Assembly: GCA_902528485.1 (NCBI GenBank)
Contig: CABZTA010000001.1
Location: forward strand, 22,955-86,954
Direction: 5' to 3'
Length of the DNA stretch: 64,000 nt
From: an uncultured SAR86 cluster bacterium
GTDB lineage: Bacteria; Pseudomonadota; Gammaproteobacteria; Magnimaribacterales; AG-339-G14
In this document: positions 1 to 10,097 of the stretch, piece after piece
How positions within the stretch are numbered: the first letter of the stretch is position 1
How the letters are laid out: every line of letters begins with the position of its first letter
Notes under the pieces: model-generated
The model's database searches: none
Told to the model about the DNA's origin: nothing
What the model saw: only the letters and a program-made list of their open reading frames with translations
Program-made: the position numbers and the translations under genes

Positions 1-606
1 GCTTTTTCTGCTGGAAACGATCTTAAGTTTCAAGCTGAAGCTGGAGGCAAGATGGATATTAATATGGCTTCTTCAGGTTTTGCTGGTTTAACTTCTAGAT
101 TCAATCTAACTAAGCCCTTGATCGCTGCTGTGAATGGGGTATCGATGGGTGGCGGATTTGAAATAGCATTAGCTTGCGATTTGATTGTCGCATCTACTAA
201 TGCAAAATTTGCTTTACCTGAACCTAAAGTTGGTTTGGCAGCACTTGCTGGAGGCATGCAAAGACTTCCAAGACAAATCGGTATGAAAAATGCATTGGGC
301 ATGATGCTAACTGGTAGACATGTATCTGCTGAAGAAGGCAAAAGCTTAGGCTTTGTAAATGAAGTTGTGGAACCAGAAAATTTATTAAGCGCAGCAAAAG
401 CTTGGGCAAAACAAATTGAAGAATGTTCACCAATGTCAATTAGGGCGACAAAACAAGTTGCTTATGAAAATTTCAACGAACCCGATCTAGAAAAATCCAT
501 GCAAACCCACTATTCTGCTGTCAAAGAATTGTTTGGTAGTGAAGATTTTATTGAAGGCCCTGTAGCATTTTCAGAAAAAAGACTTCCTAACTGGAAAGGT
601 AAGTAA
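1..606 (+). CDS. enoyl-CoA hydratase/isomerase (crotonase) family protein, 5' end cut by window edge
   Basis: Frame 1 is open from base 1 (AFSAGNDLKFQAEAGG...) and runs into the 52..606 ORF. Crotonase-type sequence is present (GGGFEIALACD, EGPVAFSEKRLPNWKGK). Confidence 0.8.
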   Translation, partial: AFSAGNDLKFQAEAGGKMDINMASSGFAGLTSRFNLTKPLIAAVNGVSMGGGFEIALACDLIVASTNAKFALPEPKVGLAALAGGMQRLPRQIGMKNALGMMLTGRHVSAEEGKSLGFVNEVVEPENLLSAAKAWAKQIEECSPMSIRATKQVAYENFNEPDLEKSMQTHYSAVKELFGSEDFIEGPVAFSEKRLPNWKGK

Positions 607-1380
607 ATGAGCAAGTTATTTGATTTAACAGGTAAAAAAGCCATTATCACAGGCTCTTCAAAAGGTATCGGCAAATCCATTGCCAAAGCTATGGCACTTC
701 ACGGAGCCGAAGTAGTAGTTTCCAGTAGAAAAGCTGATGTGTGTCAAGAAACCGCTGATGAAATTAATGAGGCTTGTAAAGATGGTCCTGGAAAAGCAAT
801 TGTCATTCCTTGCAACATTTCTGATAAAGCAGCTCTAGAGATGTTAATAGAAGAAACCAGAATTCAATTGGGGCAGATTGATATTTTGGTGTGTAATGCA
901 GCAACCAATCCTTTCTTTGGCTCTATTAAAGATATCCCAGATGAAGCATTTGAAAAAATAATGAATAACAACATCAAAAGTAATCATAATTTATGTCAAA
1001 TGGTGATTCCTGAGATGGTAGAAAGAGAAGATGGAAATATTATTATTGTTTCTTCTATAGGAGGCATGAGAGCAAGTCAGGTGATAGGAGCTTACAATGT
1101 CTCCAAAGCTGCAGACATTATGCTTGTTAAAAATTATGCATCTGAATTTGGTAAATTCAATGTCAGAACAAATTGCATTGCTCCTGGTTTAATCAAAACT
1201 GATTTTGCAAGAGCTTTGTGGGAAAACCCTGAAATTTTAAAATCAGCTTTAACCGGCACACCACAAAATAGAATTGGTGAGCCTGATGAGCTTGGAGGAG
1301 CTGCTGTATTTCTTGCATCTGCAGCAGGTAGTTATGTAAATGGTCACACAATTGTCGTCGATGGAGGCACAACAGTATAG
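607..1380 (+). CDS. short-chain dehydrogenase/reductase (SDR)
   Basis: 257 aa with TGSSKGIGKSIA Rossmann motif, NAA, and YNVSKAA (YxxxK) catalytic motif. Start abuts the upstream stop. Confidence 0.85.
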   Translation: MSKLFDLTGKKAIITGSSKGIGKSIAKAMALHGAEVVVSSRKADVCQETADEINEACKDGPGKAIVIPCNISDKAALEMLIEETRIQLGQIDILVCNAATNPFFGSIKDIPDEAFEKIMNNNIKSNHNLCQMVIPEMVEREDGNIIIVSSIGGMRASQVIGAYNVSKAADIMLVKNYASEFGKFNVRTNCIAPGLIKTDFARALWENPEILKSALTGTPQNRIGEPDELGGAAVFLASAAGSYVNGHTIVVDGGTTV

Positions 1381-1382
1381 TT

Positions 1383-2183
1383 ATGAGTAATAAAGATTTA
1401 GTTTTATATGAAGATTTAAAAAATGGTGTTGGACTGGTTAAATTAAATAGACCGGAAAGATTAAATGCAATCACCCCTGCTCTCAGTGCAAGACTCAAGG
1501 AGATCTTAGATCAGGCATGTGCGGATGATTCCATTAAAGTAATCGTTCTTACCGGAGAAGGGAGAGGATTTACTGCAGGTGCTGACATGGACGGTCTTGC
1601 TAATACCTCTGAAGGAAAATCAGATTCCTCTGAACAATCCAAAGATGATGAGCCTTGGAAGGGATTCAGTTATGTGCGTAATTTAGATAAACCGGTTATA
1701 GCAGCTATTAATGGTCCTGCTGCAGGGGTTGGTTTTATCCTATCTCTTTACTGTGATATCAGATTTGCATCTGAGACTGCAGTATTTTCAACAGCTTTCT
1801 CTAAGAGAGGTTTGATTGCTGAATGGGGCGTTGGCTGGATGCTGAGTAGGATAATTGGTTTATCTCATGCTAATGATCTTCTTTTCTCTGCACGAAAGTT
1901 TGATGGGAAAGAAGCTGAAAGAATCGGTCTCGTAAATAAAGCTATTCCAGCTGATACATTTATGGATGAAGTTATTGCTTACGCTGAAGATCTAGCAAAG
2001 AATGTTTCTCCAAGATCTGTGAAAATTATGAAAGAGCAAATGTATGCGTCTCTGGAAGAATCATTTGATGACCATATTCAAAAAGCATTTAAAAAGATGG
2101 TTGAAAGCTTCGGGTCTGATGATTTCAAAGAAGGAGTCAAACATTTCATGGAAAAAAGACCAGCGAATTTCACAGGTAAATAA
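1383..2183 (+). CDS. enoyl-CoA hydratase/isomerase family protein
   Basis: 266 aa with crotonase signature (LTGEGRGFTAGADM, AAINGPAAGVGF, EGVKHFMEKRPANFTGK). Confidence 0.85.
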   Translation: MSNKDLVLYEDLKNGVGLVKLNRPERLNAITPALSARLKEILDQACADDSIKVIVLTGEGRGFTAGADMDGLANTSEGKSDSSEQSKDDEPWKGFSYVRNLDKPVIAAINGPAAGVGFILSLYCDIRFASETAVFSTAFSKRGLIAEWGVGWMLSRIIGLSHANDLLFSARKFDGKEAERIGLVNKAIPADTFMDEVIAYAEDLAKNVSPRSVKIMKEQMYASLEESFDDHIQKAFKKMVESFGSDDFKEGVKHFMEKRPANFTGK

Positions 2184-2186
2184 ATT

Positions 2187-3902
2187 ATGGCTGGCCAGTT
2201 GGATCTAATTGATCCTCAAAAAAGATTAGAGACGTTTGAAAAAATTTCTTCTGAAGGACTCCTCTCGGTTCATAAAGAGGCAATAAGAGGGAATGAATAT
2301 TACGTTTTTTCAGAATCTCCAGAAAATTTACTAGGATATTATCAACTTGGTTTAATTCATGGCGAGTGGACTCATGTTGTTTTTGAAGATCAACAAATTT
2401 CTTACAGTGAAACTCTTTCGAGGTGTTATCGATTAGCTAACTCTCTTCAGAATATCTATGGTATTGAAAAAGGAGATAAGGTTGCTTTTTCTATGCGTAA
2501 TTATCCGGAATGGATGTTCACTTACATGGCAGTAACATCTATTGGAGCAGTTGCCGTTCCCTTAAATTCATGGTGGCAAGGTGATGAACTCGAATATGGA
2601 TTAAATAATAGTGAATCAAAGGTCTTTATTGCTGATCAAGAACGCTTAGAAAGACTTGGAGACAAATGTCCTGATATTAAAAGAATTGCAGTAAGATCTG
2701 AAAATCCAGATCATTCTGAAATAGATTTTTATAAAGTTATTGAAAATCAAAATAACACTCTTGATAAACAAATTGATGTAGATCCAGATGATGATGCATC
2801 AATTATGTACACATCTGGTAGTACTGGTCATCCAAAAGGTGTTGTGTCTTCTCACAGAGGTGTGATGTTCGCGCCATTTTATTGGATAGCCCTTCAAACT
2901 TTATTAAAAGAAACCACAGATGAAGAAAACCCTGAAATCTTGAATGAGCAAAATCAAACTGCTGTGCTTGTTAGCGTTCCGTTGTTTCATGTAACTGGTT
3001 GCCATGCTATATTTTTGTTATCAATCCCTGTTGGAAGAAAGACAGTCCTAATGCATAAATGGGATCCTGAAGTAGCACTAGATTTAATAGAAAGAGAAAA
3101 AATTTCAGATTTTACTGGAGTCCCAACCATGTCATATGAGCTGGTCGAGGCTCAAAAAAAGAATCCAAGAGACATATCGTCTTTAAAAGGTTTAAACGGT
3201 GGTGGAGCTGCCCGACCTCCCGAACAAGTAAAAGAAATGAGAGAAAACTTTAAAGATACTTCTCCGGGAATTGGTTATGGTCTTACAGAAACAAATGCAT
3301 TAGCAGCTAATAACGCCGGGGATTTATATTTGGAGAAACCCTCGAGCACAGGCTTTGCTATTCCAAAATTAATAGATCTTAAAATTATTGATGATGATGG
3401 AAATGACCTCAAAACAGATGAAATTGGAGAAGTTTGCATTAGAGGAGCATGTAACTTCAAAAGTTATTGGAAAAATCAGGATGCTACGGATGAGGTTTTA
3501 GACGATGAAGGTTGGTTTAAGTCAGGAGATTTAGGTCTACTTGATAGTGATGGTTTTCTGTACATAAAAGATCGAAAGAAGGATATTGTTATCAGAGGTG
3601 GAGAAAATATTGCCTGCCTTGAAGTTGAAGCAGCCATAACCGAACACCCATCTGTTCTCGAAGCATCTGTCTTTGGGATTCCGGATGCGAGACTCGGCGA
3701 AAAGCTTGCCACCGTTGTATCGTGCAGAGAAGATCAAATGATTGACGAGGTTGAATTGTCAGGTTTTTTAGCTTCAAAATTAGCTAAGTTTAAAATTCCA
3801 GAATTTATGCAATTTCAAACAGAAAAACTCCCAAGAATTGCTTCTGGAAAAATTGCAAAAAAACAACTAAGGGAAGAAGCAGTAAGCAGCATAGGAAATT
3901 AA
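2187..3902 (+). CDS. AMP-dependent acyl-CoA synthetase/ligase
   Basis: 571 aa with AMP-binding motif YTSGSTGHPKGV, GYGLTET, and C-terminal GKIAKKQLRE. Confidence 0.85.
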   Translation: MAGQLDLIDPQKRLETFEKISSEGLLSVHKEAIRGNEYYVFSESPENLLGYYQLGLIHGEWTHVVFEDQQISYSETLSRCYRLANSLQNIYGIEKGDKVAFSMRNYPEWMFTYMAVTSIGAVAVPLNSWWQGDELEYGLNNSESKVFIADQERLERLGDKCPDIKRIAVRSENPDHSEIDFYKVIENQNNTLDKQIDVDPDDDASIMYTSGSTGHPKGVVSSHRGVMFAPFYWIALQTLLKETTDEENPEILNEQNQTAVLVSVPLFHVTGCHAIFLLSIPVGRKTVLMHKWDPEVALDLIEREKISDFTGVPTMSYELVEAQKKNPRDISSLKGLNGGGAARPPEQVKEMRENFKDTSPGIGYGLTETNALAANNAGDLYLEKPSSTGFAIPKLIDLKIIDDDGNDLKTDEIGEVCIRGACNFKSYWKNQDATDEVLDDEGWFKSGDLGLLDSDGFLYIKDRKKDIVIRGGENIACLEVEAAITEHPSVLEASVFGIPDARLGEKLATVVSCREDQMIDEVELSGFLASKLAKFKIPEFMQFQTEKLPRIASGKIAKKQLREEAVSSIGN

Positions 3903-3903
3903 A

Positions 3904-4701
3904 ATGGATATTGAAAATAAAGTTGTTGTTGTCACGGGGGCTGCCAGCGGAATAGGAAGAGCTCTCGCTCAAGCTTTTAGAAACGCTAAAGCAGATAAAG
4001 TCTATATTGCAGATCTGAATGAAGATGGTCTAACAGAAACAGCTGATTTAATGGAAGGTATTGCAATAAGAACAGACGTATCAAATGAATCAGAAATAAA
4101 AGATCTCATTGAAAAAGTTAATAAAGAGAATGATATAGATATATTTTGTTCAAATGCAGGTATTGGAGGAGAGTTTGGCCTCCTCGATACCACTTCTCAG
4201 GGTTGGCAAACTATCTGGGACATAAATGTTATGTCACATATTCATGCTGCCAAGTATTGTTTGCCAAACATGCTTAAACGGGAATCTGGTTATTTCATGA
4301 ATACTGCATCTGCAGCAGGACTTTTAACTCAAATCGGGGCTGCACCCTATTCCGTTACAAAAGCAGCTGCCGTTTCTTTTGCTGAGTGGCTCAAAATTAC
4401 ATACGGTTCAAATGGAATTGGCGTTACCTGTTTATGTCCTCAAGCGGTAAGAACTGCTATGACTGCTAATGGACCTGGTGTTGCAGGAGTTGACGGGATG
4501 ATTGAACCTGAAGAATGTGCTGCTGAAGTTTTGGATGCGATAATTAATGAAAGATTTTTAGCAGCCCCACATAAAGAGGTTCTTGAGTATGTGGCTAGAA
4601 AAGGGAATGATCGAGATAGATGGATTTCCGGTATGCAAAGATTGCAAACGCAATTTGCTGACTTTATGGAATCAGCGGATCCTAATAAAGACAGTCATTA
4701 A
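3904..4701 (+). CDS. short-chain dehydrogenase/reductase (SDR)
   Basis: 265 aa with VTGAASGIGRALA, NAG, and YSVTKAA motifs. Confidence 0.8.
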   Translation: MDIENKVVVVTGAASGIGRALAQAFRNAKADKVYIADLNEDGLTETADLMEGIAIRTDVSNESEIKDLIEKVNKENDIDIFCSNAGIGGEFGLLDTTSQGWQTIWDINVMSHIHAAKYCLPNMLKRESGYFMNTASAAGLLTQIGAAPYSVTKAAAVSFAEWLKITYGSNGIGVTCLCPQAVRTAMTANGPGVAGVDGMIEPEECAAEVLDAIINERFLAAPHKEVLEYVARKGNDRDRWISGMQRLQTQFADFMESADPNKDSH

Positions 4702-5065
4702 CGACAATGTAGTTCATAGATTTAGTTTTCTCTGAATTCCCCCAGATCCTACAAAACTCAACTCCATCAACTCTTACTTCCTTTTCAATTAATTCAATAA
4801 AAAAACTATCAATAATTTTTCCTTCAGGAAAGGAAAAGATATTTAACTCTGTGCCAATTTCTGCAGAAGTTTTATTTATAGTTACAGAATAATCAATTTT
4901 ATATTCATCGTTTTCTCTACTTACATAAAAAGAATTGCCTTGCCAACTTATTTTGTTTTCAATCTTATTTTCAGAACAAGAAATAAGTAAAAAAGATAAA
5001 AAGATATAGAATAAATATCTGCCTTTGAAATAAGATTTAAACATGTTTACAAATGAGCCTTTCAT
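4682..5065 (-). CDS. hypothetical lipoprotein
   Basis: 127-aa ORF with basic N-region, hydrophobic core and lipobox LLIS|C. The real start may be the internal Met (MFKSYFKG..., 5044). No family recognised. Confidence 0.5.
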   Translation of the reverse strand: MKGSFVNMFKSYFKGRYLFYIFLSFLLISCSENKIENKISWQGNSFYVSRENDEYKIDYSVTINKTSAEIGTELNIFSFPEGKIIDSFFIELIEKEVRVDGVEFCRIWGNSEKTKSMNYIVVNDCLY

Positions 5066-5765
5066 AATATTTGGATCTGATCACTTGATAGCTCTGGGTT
5101 TGATATTTACTTCGATAATCATTATTCCCTATTTTGTTCTAACCTTGAAAGAAAAAACTCAAAATGTAATTTCTACCTCATTAGCATTATTGATTCTGCT
5201 AAATGAATTTTCTAAGCCAATATATTATCCCGCACTTTATCCAGATTATTTCTCGATACTAAAAATATTACCTCTTCATTTTTGTCACTTATCAGCAATT
5301 TGTGCTGCCATTTTTTTAATTTCTAGAAAAAAGATTTTTTTTGAAATATCATTTTTTTGGGGCATCGCAGGCGGATTGATTGCCAATACACAACCAGATA
5401 TCAGATTTACCTTTCCTGATCCAAATTTCATTCTTTTTTTCTTTGGTCACGGATTAATGTGGTTAGGAATATTCTTTTCTTTAATTGTATACAAGGTGAG
5501 ACCTTACTTTAAAACCTTCATAAAAATCTTTTTCATTACTGTTTTCTTATCCCCAGTTGTTTACTCTATAAATAGTTTTATAAATTATTTAGCTGAGGGT
5601 GAGCCTGCAAATTATTGGTACCTCATGGCAAGGCCTGATGCAGCTTCAATTGCTGATTTTCTTCCAGATCCACCAGCTCAAATACCAATTTTTGTTCTTC
5701 TTGCATTTTTAATCTTTGCATTGATATATACTCCATTTGCAGTGTGGGATAAATTGAAGAAATGA
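5043..5765 (+). CDS. integral membrane protein, function unknown (possibly YwaF/TIGR02206-like)
   Basis: 240 aa with about 7 hydrophobic segments. The family assignment is from memory only. Confidence 0.5.
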   Translation: MFTNEPFIIFGSDHLIALGLIFTSIIIIPYFVLTLKEKTQNVISTSLALLILLNEFSKPIYYPALYPDYFSILKILPLHFCHLSAICAAIFLISRKKIFFEISFFWGIAGGLIANTQPDIRFTFPDPNFILFFFGHGLMWLGIFFSLIVYKVRPYFKTFIKIFFITVFLSPVVYSINSFINYLAEGEPANYWYLMARPDAASIADFLPDPPAQIPIFVLLAFLIFALIYTPFAVWDKLKK

Positions 5766-6217
5766 ATTTTGAGAATAAAGCTCCTTATCTAGCGTTAGCT
5801 TTGGTTGTTATAACTTTAGTCTTTAGTCAGATTGGAATATTTGATGAAAAATATAATTTGGACCTCAATTTATTGATTCAAGAATCAGAAAATGATGCCT
5901 TTCTGCAACTAAATGAGTATTCACTTTCTAAAACACCTCGACTGCAACTATCCGTGAGTAATTCTTCAGAAGTGAATCTTTCTGAAGATGTAACTATTTT
6001 TGTTGATATTTATCGATCAAAAGGCGATCAAGGCGAAGCTGAAAAATGGAAAACATTTGATTGCCCACCAAATCCTGATGGATGTTTAGTTTATTTTTCG
6101 GATACATCTTTTCCATCTGAAAATAATCATATGACTTACTATGCAAAAGCATCTTTAAAGAATTCAGACAAAAAAAAGTTTATATCCAATAAGGTTAAAG
6201 CGATATTTAAAAAATAA
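5762..6217 (+). CDS. hypothetical protein with N-terminal membrane anchor
   Basis: 151-aa ORF whose start overlaps the upstream stop by 4 nt (ATGA), with one N-terminal TM segment. No motif recognised. Confidence 0.45.
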   Translation: MNFENKAPYLALALVVITLVFSQIGIFDEKYNLDLNLLIQESENDAFLQLNEYSLSKTPRLQLSVSNSSEVNLSEDVTIFVDIYRSKGDQGEAEKWKTFDCPPNPDGCLVYFSDTSFPSENNHMTYYAKASLKNSDKKKFISNKVKAIFKK

Positions 6218-6222
6218 ATATT

Positions 6223-8313
6223 GTGTTTAAAATAAGTTACATATTTCTTATTTCATTTCTAATTTTAAGTTGTACGGAGGAAAATGAGATGTTGAATCCA
6301 TTCTATGAAGATTATAAAAATGAGTTCCAAGTACCTAATTTCAAAGCAATAAAAATAGACCATTATTTGCCAGCTTTTGATGAAGGTATTAAAGCTCATA
6401 ATAAGGAAATAAAAAAAATTTCAAATAGCGATGAAAAACCATCCTTTGAAAATACGATTGCTGAACTTGAAAGATCGGGAAAGCTGTTAACCAAAGTTAC
6501 AATTGTTTTTTATAATTTATTGTCGACCGATACTAACGATGACTTAGATAAATTATCCGAAAAGATTGGCCCCAAACTTTCTGCTCACAGAGATTCGCTA
6601 TTTCTTAATCAAGAAATATTTCAAAGACTTAAATCTATCAAAGAAAATGAATACCCTTCATTAAACTCGGAGCAACAAAGATTAACTGATGAGATGATAA
6701 GAAACTTTGAAATGAATGGTGCAAACCTATCCCAAGAGAGTAAAGAGAGGTTTATTGAAATAAATAAAACACTAACTGAGCTCTCTATAAAGTTTGATCA
6801 GAATGTTTTAAAAGATACCAACAATTCTGAATTATTGATAAACGATGAAAAGGATCTTAGCGGTTTAACAGCTGAAATCAAAGATCAAGCAAAACGTCTA
6901 GCTGAAAATAAAGGTTATTCAACCGGCTGGGTTTTTAATCCAACAAGAATTAGCATGTATCCCTTCTTAACAAGCTCTACAAATAGAGATTTACGTGAGC
7001 AGCTTTATAAGATGTACATAAACCGAGGAAAAAACCCTAATGAGTTTAATAATGAAGATATCGTCCGAAGAATGGCTAATTTAAGGTTAGAGAAAGCTCA
7101 ACTGATGGGTTTTACAAACCACGCGGAACTTTCATTGCAAAAAACCATGGCAAAATCTTCAAACGGTGTAAATGCTCTTCTTAATCAAGTGTGGGAGCCT
7201 GCCAAAGCGATGGCTCAACAAGAGATAGATGATATGCAAGAACTTATTCAAGAGGAAGGTAATAATTTTGCTCTTCGAGCATGGGATTGGATGCACTACT
7301 CTGAAAAAGTAAGAAAAAGAAAATATGACTTTGATTCAGCAGAAGTTCAACCTTATCTTGAGATGGATTCAATCAGAAATTCTGCCTTTGAGCTCGCCAA
7401 CAGGCTATTTGGTATAAAGTTTGTTCAGAAAAATGATATTCCTAAATATCATTCAGACGTTGATACCTTTGAAGTACTTGATAAAAATGGTAAACATTTA
7501 GGGGTTTTTCTAACGGATTATTTTGCCAGACCATCTAAGCAAGGCGGAGCTTGGATGAATACTTTTAGGGATCAAAGTAATTTCGATGGAAGAGTTAGGC
7601 CTATAGTGTTGAATGTCTGTAATTTTGCGAAACCAAATGACGGTGAAAAAGCTTTTTTGACATTTGAGCATGCTGAAACTCTTTTTCACGAATTTGGTCA
7701 TGCTTTGCATGGTCTACTTTCAGATGTGGATTACCCTTACTTATCCGGAACAAGTGTGACAAGAGATTATGTCGAGTTTCCATCTCAACTTATGGAAAAC
7801 TGGATAAGACATTCTGATTTTTTAGCTGAGTTTGCAAAACATTTTGAAACCGGAAAACCTATTCCAAAAAAATTATTAGAAAAAATGTCAGCTGCAGGAA
7901 CTTTTAATCAAGGATTTGCTACCACTGAATACATGATAGCTTCAATGCTGGATCTTGCGTGGCATACAATAGAATCACCCGTTGAGAACACAGAAAAATT
8001 TGAACAAACTCTTTTCAAAGAAATAGGCAAGCCAGTTGAAATAGATAGCAGATATGGAAGTACCTATTTTGGTCATATTTTTGCTGGAGGTTATGCTGCT
8101 GGATACTACAGTTACATGTGGTCCGAGGTTCTTGATTCACATGCTTTTGAAATCTTTGATAAGGAGGGTTTGTATGACAGTGAATATGCTGAAAAACTGG
8201 AAGATTTTGTTTATAGTTCAGGTAACTCTGTGGATTTAATGAATCAATATGAAAAATTCAGAGGTGAGGAACCAAACGTGAATTCCTTGCTTAGAAAACG
8301 CGGGTTGAATTAA
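6223..8313 (+). CDS. dcp: M3-family zinc metallopeptidase, peptidyl-dipeptidase Dcp-like, lipoprotein signal
   Basis: 696 aa with GTG start, HEFGHALH zinc motif, M3 family length, and N-terminal FLILS|C lipobox. Confidence 0.85.
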   Translation: MFKISYIFLISFLILSCTEENEMLNPFYEDYKNEFQVPNFKAIKIDHYLPAFDEGIKAHNKEIKKISNSDEKPSFENTIAELERSGKLLTKVTIVFYNLLSTDTNDDLDKLSEKIGPKLSAHRDSLFLNQEIFQRLKSIKENEYPSLNSEQQRLTDEMIRNFEMNGANLSQESKERFIEINKTLTELSIKFDQNVLKDTNNSELLINDEKDLSGLTAEIKDQAKRLAENKGYSTGWVFNPTRISMYPFLTSSTNRDLREQLYKMYINRGKNPNEFNNEDIVRRMANLRLEKAQLMGFTNHAELSLQKTMAKSSNGVNALLNQVWEPAKAMAQQEIDDMQELIQEEGNNFALRAWDWMHYSEKVRKRKYDFDSAEVQPYLEMDSIRNSAFELANRLFGIKFVQKNDIPKYHSDVDTFEVLDKNGKHLGVFLTDYFARPSKQGGAWMNTFRDQSNFDGRVRPIVLNVCNFAKPNDGEKAFLTFEHAETLFHEFGHALHGLLSDVDYPYLSGTSVTRDYVEFPSQLMENWIRHSDFLAEFAKHFETGKPIPKKLLEKMSAAGTFNQGFATTEYMIASMLDLAWHTIESPVENTEKFEQTLFKEIGKPVEIDSRYGSTYFGHIFAGGYAAGYYSYMWSEVLDSHAFEIFDKEGLYDSEYAEKLEDFVYSSGNSVDLMNQYEKFRGEEPNVNSLLRKRGLN

Positions 8314-8330
8314 CAGTTAAGGGGGAGAAA

Positions 8331-10097
8331 ATGGAGAATTTGTATTGGAAATTTCATGGAATATTTGAAGATATTTATTACTACGTAACTGCCCTACCGC
8401 GTTTTATTCTTTATTGGGGTGAAAAATCTCCTCTCAATCTTTATACATTTGTTAAATGGAATATTAAGAAATATCCAAATGAGAAAGCATTCCTTTTCAA
8501 AGATGAAGTTCTCACTTGGAAACAAGCTTCAGATAAAATTGATTGTTATTCAGGGGTAATAAGGTCTTTAGGCTTGAACAAAGGAGATTCTTTTGCTCTT
8601 TTGATGGATAACCGAATTGAATATCTTTTATTAATCTTAGCTGCTGTTAAATCAGGGACAATTGCAGCTTTGCTCAACACCACGGTAAAGGGTGAAGGTT
8701 TAAAACATGTTTTGAATGTTGCAAATGCAAAAGCTATATTCATAGGTGCATCTCATCTTGAGAAATTTAATTCTTCGCTCACCGAAGAAGAAAGGCAGAA
8801 TTTAATTGTCGTTGGTATAGATGATCAAGAGCAAGTCCCGTCTGACATTCAAAATTTTACTAACTTAGAAAAAGATTCTATTGCTTGTGATGAAGTAACT
8901 ACCTCTTTTAAAGAAGCATGCATGTATATGTATACATCTGGAACAACTGGCTTACCCAAAGCTGCTCTGATAACTAATGAAAGAGCTGTTCGAATGACTT
9001 ATTTTGGTCAATTTTTAGGTTTTAACTTCAAGCAAAGCGATATTCTCTATAATACCTTGCCGCTCTATCACGCTACAGGTCTTCTATATTGTTGGGCAGC
9101 TTCATTAAGAGCCGGGAATGCTATTGTCATCAAGGAAAAGTTTTCTGCCTCAGATTTTTGGTCGGATATCCAGAAATATGAAGCAACAATTTTTCCTTAT
9201 GTAGGTGAGCTTTGCAGATACCTTTTAAACTCAAAAGAAGTACCAGAAGAAAAAGGCCATAAAATAAGAAGGATTTCTGGAAATGGGTTAAGACCTGATA
9301 TCTGGGAACAATTCCAAGAAAGATTTCAGATCCCTGAAATCAGAGAAATCTATGGTGCTACTGAAGGAGTAACAGGATTCATTAATAGAGCTGGCAGACT
9401 AGGTATGATCGGCAGACACAGATCAGCTGACAAGATCGTAAAATGTGATCTAGAAAGCGGAGAAATAATAAGAAATACAGAGGGTCTCTGTGAGAAGGTT
9501 AACATCGGAGAAACTGGCCTTTACATAAGTGAAATTTCTAAATTAGCTTCTTTTGATGGCTACCTAGATTCACAAGCTTCTCAAAAGAAAATTCTCACGG
9601 ATTGCTTCAAAGATGGTGATAGATATTTTAACAGTGGAGATCTATTAACTCTTCATGAAAACAATTGGTTATCTTTTGCGGATAGAGTTGGTGACACCTT
9701 TAGATGGAAAGGAGAGAACGTATCTACAATGGAAGTTGCAGCAATAGTCAATAAAGCTGAAGGTGTTCTGGATGCAAATGTTTATGGAGTCCAGGTTGAT
9801 AATACCGAGGGACGAGCTGGAATGGCTCAAATGAATGTCAGCGATAGTTTTAATTTAAATTCTTTTGCAGATCATGTGGAAAAGAATCTTAACGGTTTTC
9901 AAAAACCTTACTTTTTGCGTTTAACAAAAGAAATGCAAACAACAGGTACTTTTAAACATCAAAAGGAAGATTTAAAAAAATTAGGTTTTGATCCCACAAA
10001 ATCTCAAGATCCAGTGTATTTTTTAAACGGTGACAAATACGAAGAGATTAACGAAGAATTATACAAAGGCATCCAATCTGGAAACGTAAGGTTTTAA
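8331..10097 (+). CDS. FATP-type (very-)long-chain acyl-CoA synthetase
   Basis: 588 aa with YTSGTTGLPKAA, YGATEG, and FRWKGENVST (typical of fatty-acid-transport-protein-type ligases). GGGGGAG Shine-Dalgarno lies upstream. Confidence 0.8.
   Translation: MENLYWKFHGIFEDIYYYVTALPRFILYWGEKSPLNLYTFVKWNIKKYPNEKAFLFKDEVLTWKQASDKIDCYSGVIRSLGLNKGDSFALLMDNRIEYLLLILAAVKSGTIAALLNTTVKGEGLKHVLNVANAKAIFIGASHLEKFNSSLTEEERQNLIVVGIDDQEQVPSDIQNFTNLEKDSIACDEVTTSFKEACMYMYTSGTTGLPKAALITNERAVRMTYFGQFLGFNFKQSDILYNTLPLYHATGLLYCWAASLRAGNAIVIKEKFSASDFWSDIQKYEATIFPYVGELCRYLLNSKEVPEEKGHKIRRISGNGLRPDIWEQFQERFQIPEIREIYGATEGVTGFINRAGRLGMIGRHRSADKIVKCDLESGEIIRNTEGLCEKVNIGETGLYISEISKLASFDGYLDSQASQKKILTDCFKDGDRYFNSGDLLTLHENNWLSFADRVGDTFRWKGENVSTMEVAAIVNKAEGVLDANVYGVQVDNTEGRAGMAQMNVSDSFNLNSFADHVEKNLNGFQKPYFLRLTKEMQTTGTFKHQKEDLKKLGFDPTKSQDPVYFLNGDKYEEINEELYKGIQSGNVRF

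Noticed and set aside
30-439. ORFs 30..341(-) and 224..439(-), antisense to the crotonase gene
   Set aside because: They lie entirely inside a well-supported plus-strand gene, have low-complexity or odd composition, and show no motifs. The same reasoning applies to 1193..1498, 3275..3777, 4002..4193, 7510..7783, 8054..8239, 8546..8743, 15160..15420, 16586..16780, 18691..19233, 20279..20566, 21023..21205, 24863..25066, 25838..26098, 27272..27460, 29503..29757, 33133..33315, 35395..35634, 36136..36438, 37593..37781, 40747..40971, 43347..43556, 45461..45658, 46599..46856, 47092..47331, 47654..47842, 47941..48126, 52860..53075, 56863..57051, 58329..58571 and 59385..59570.
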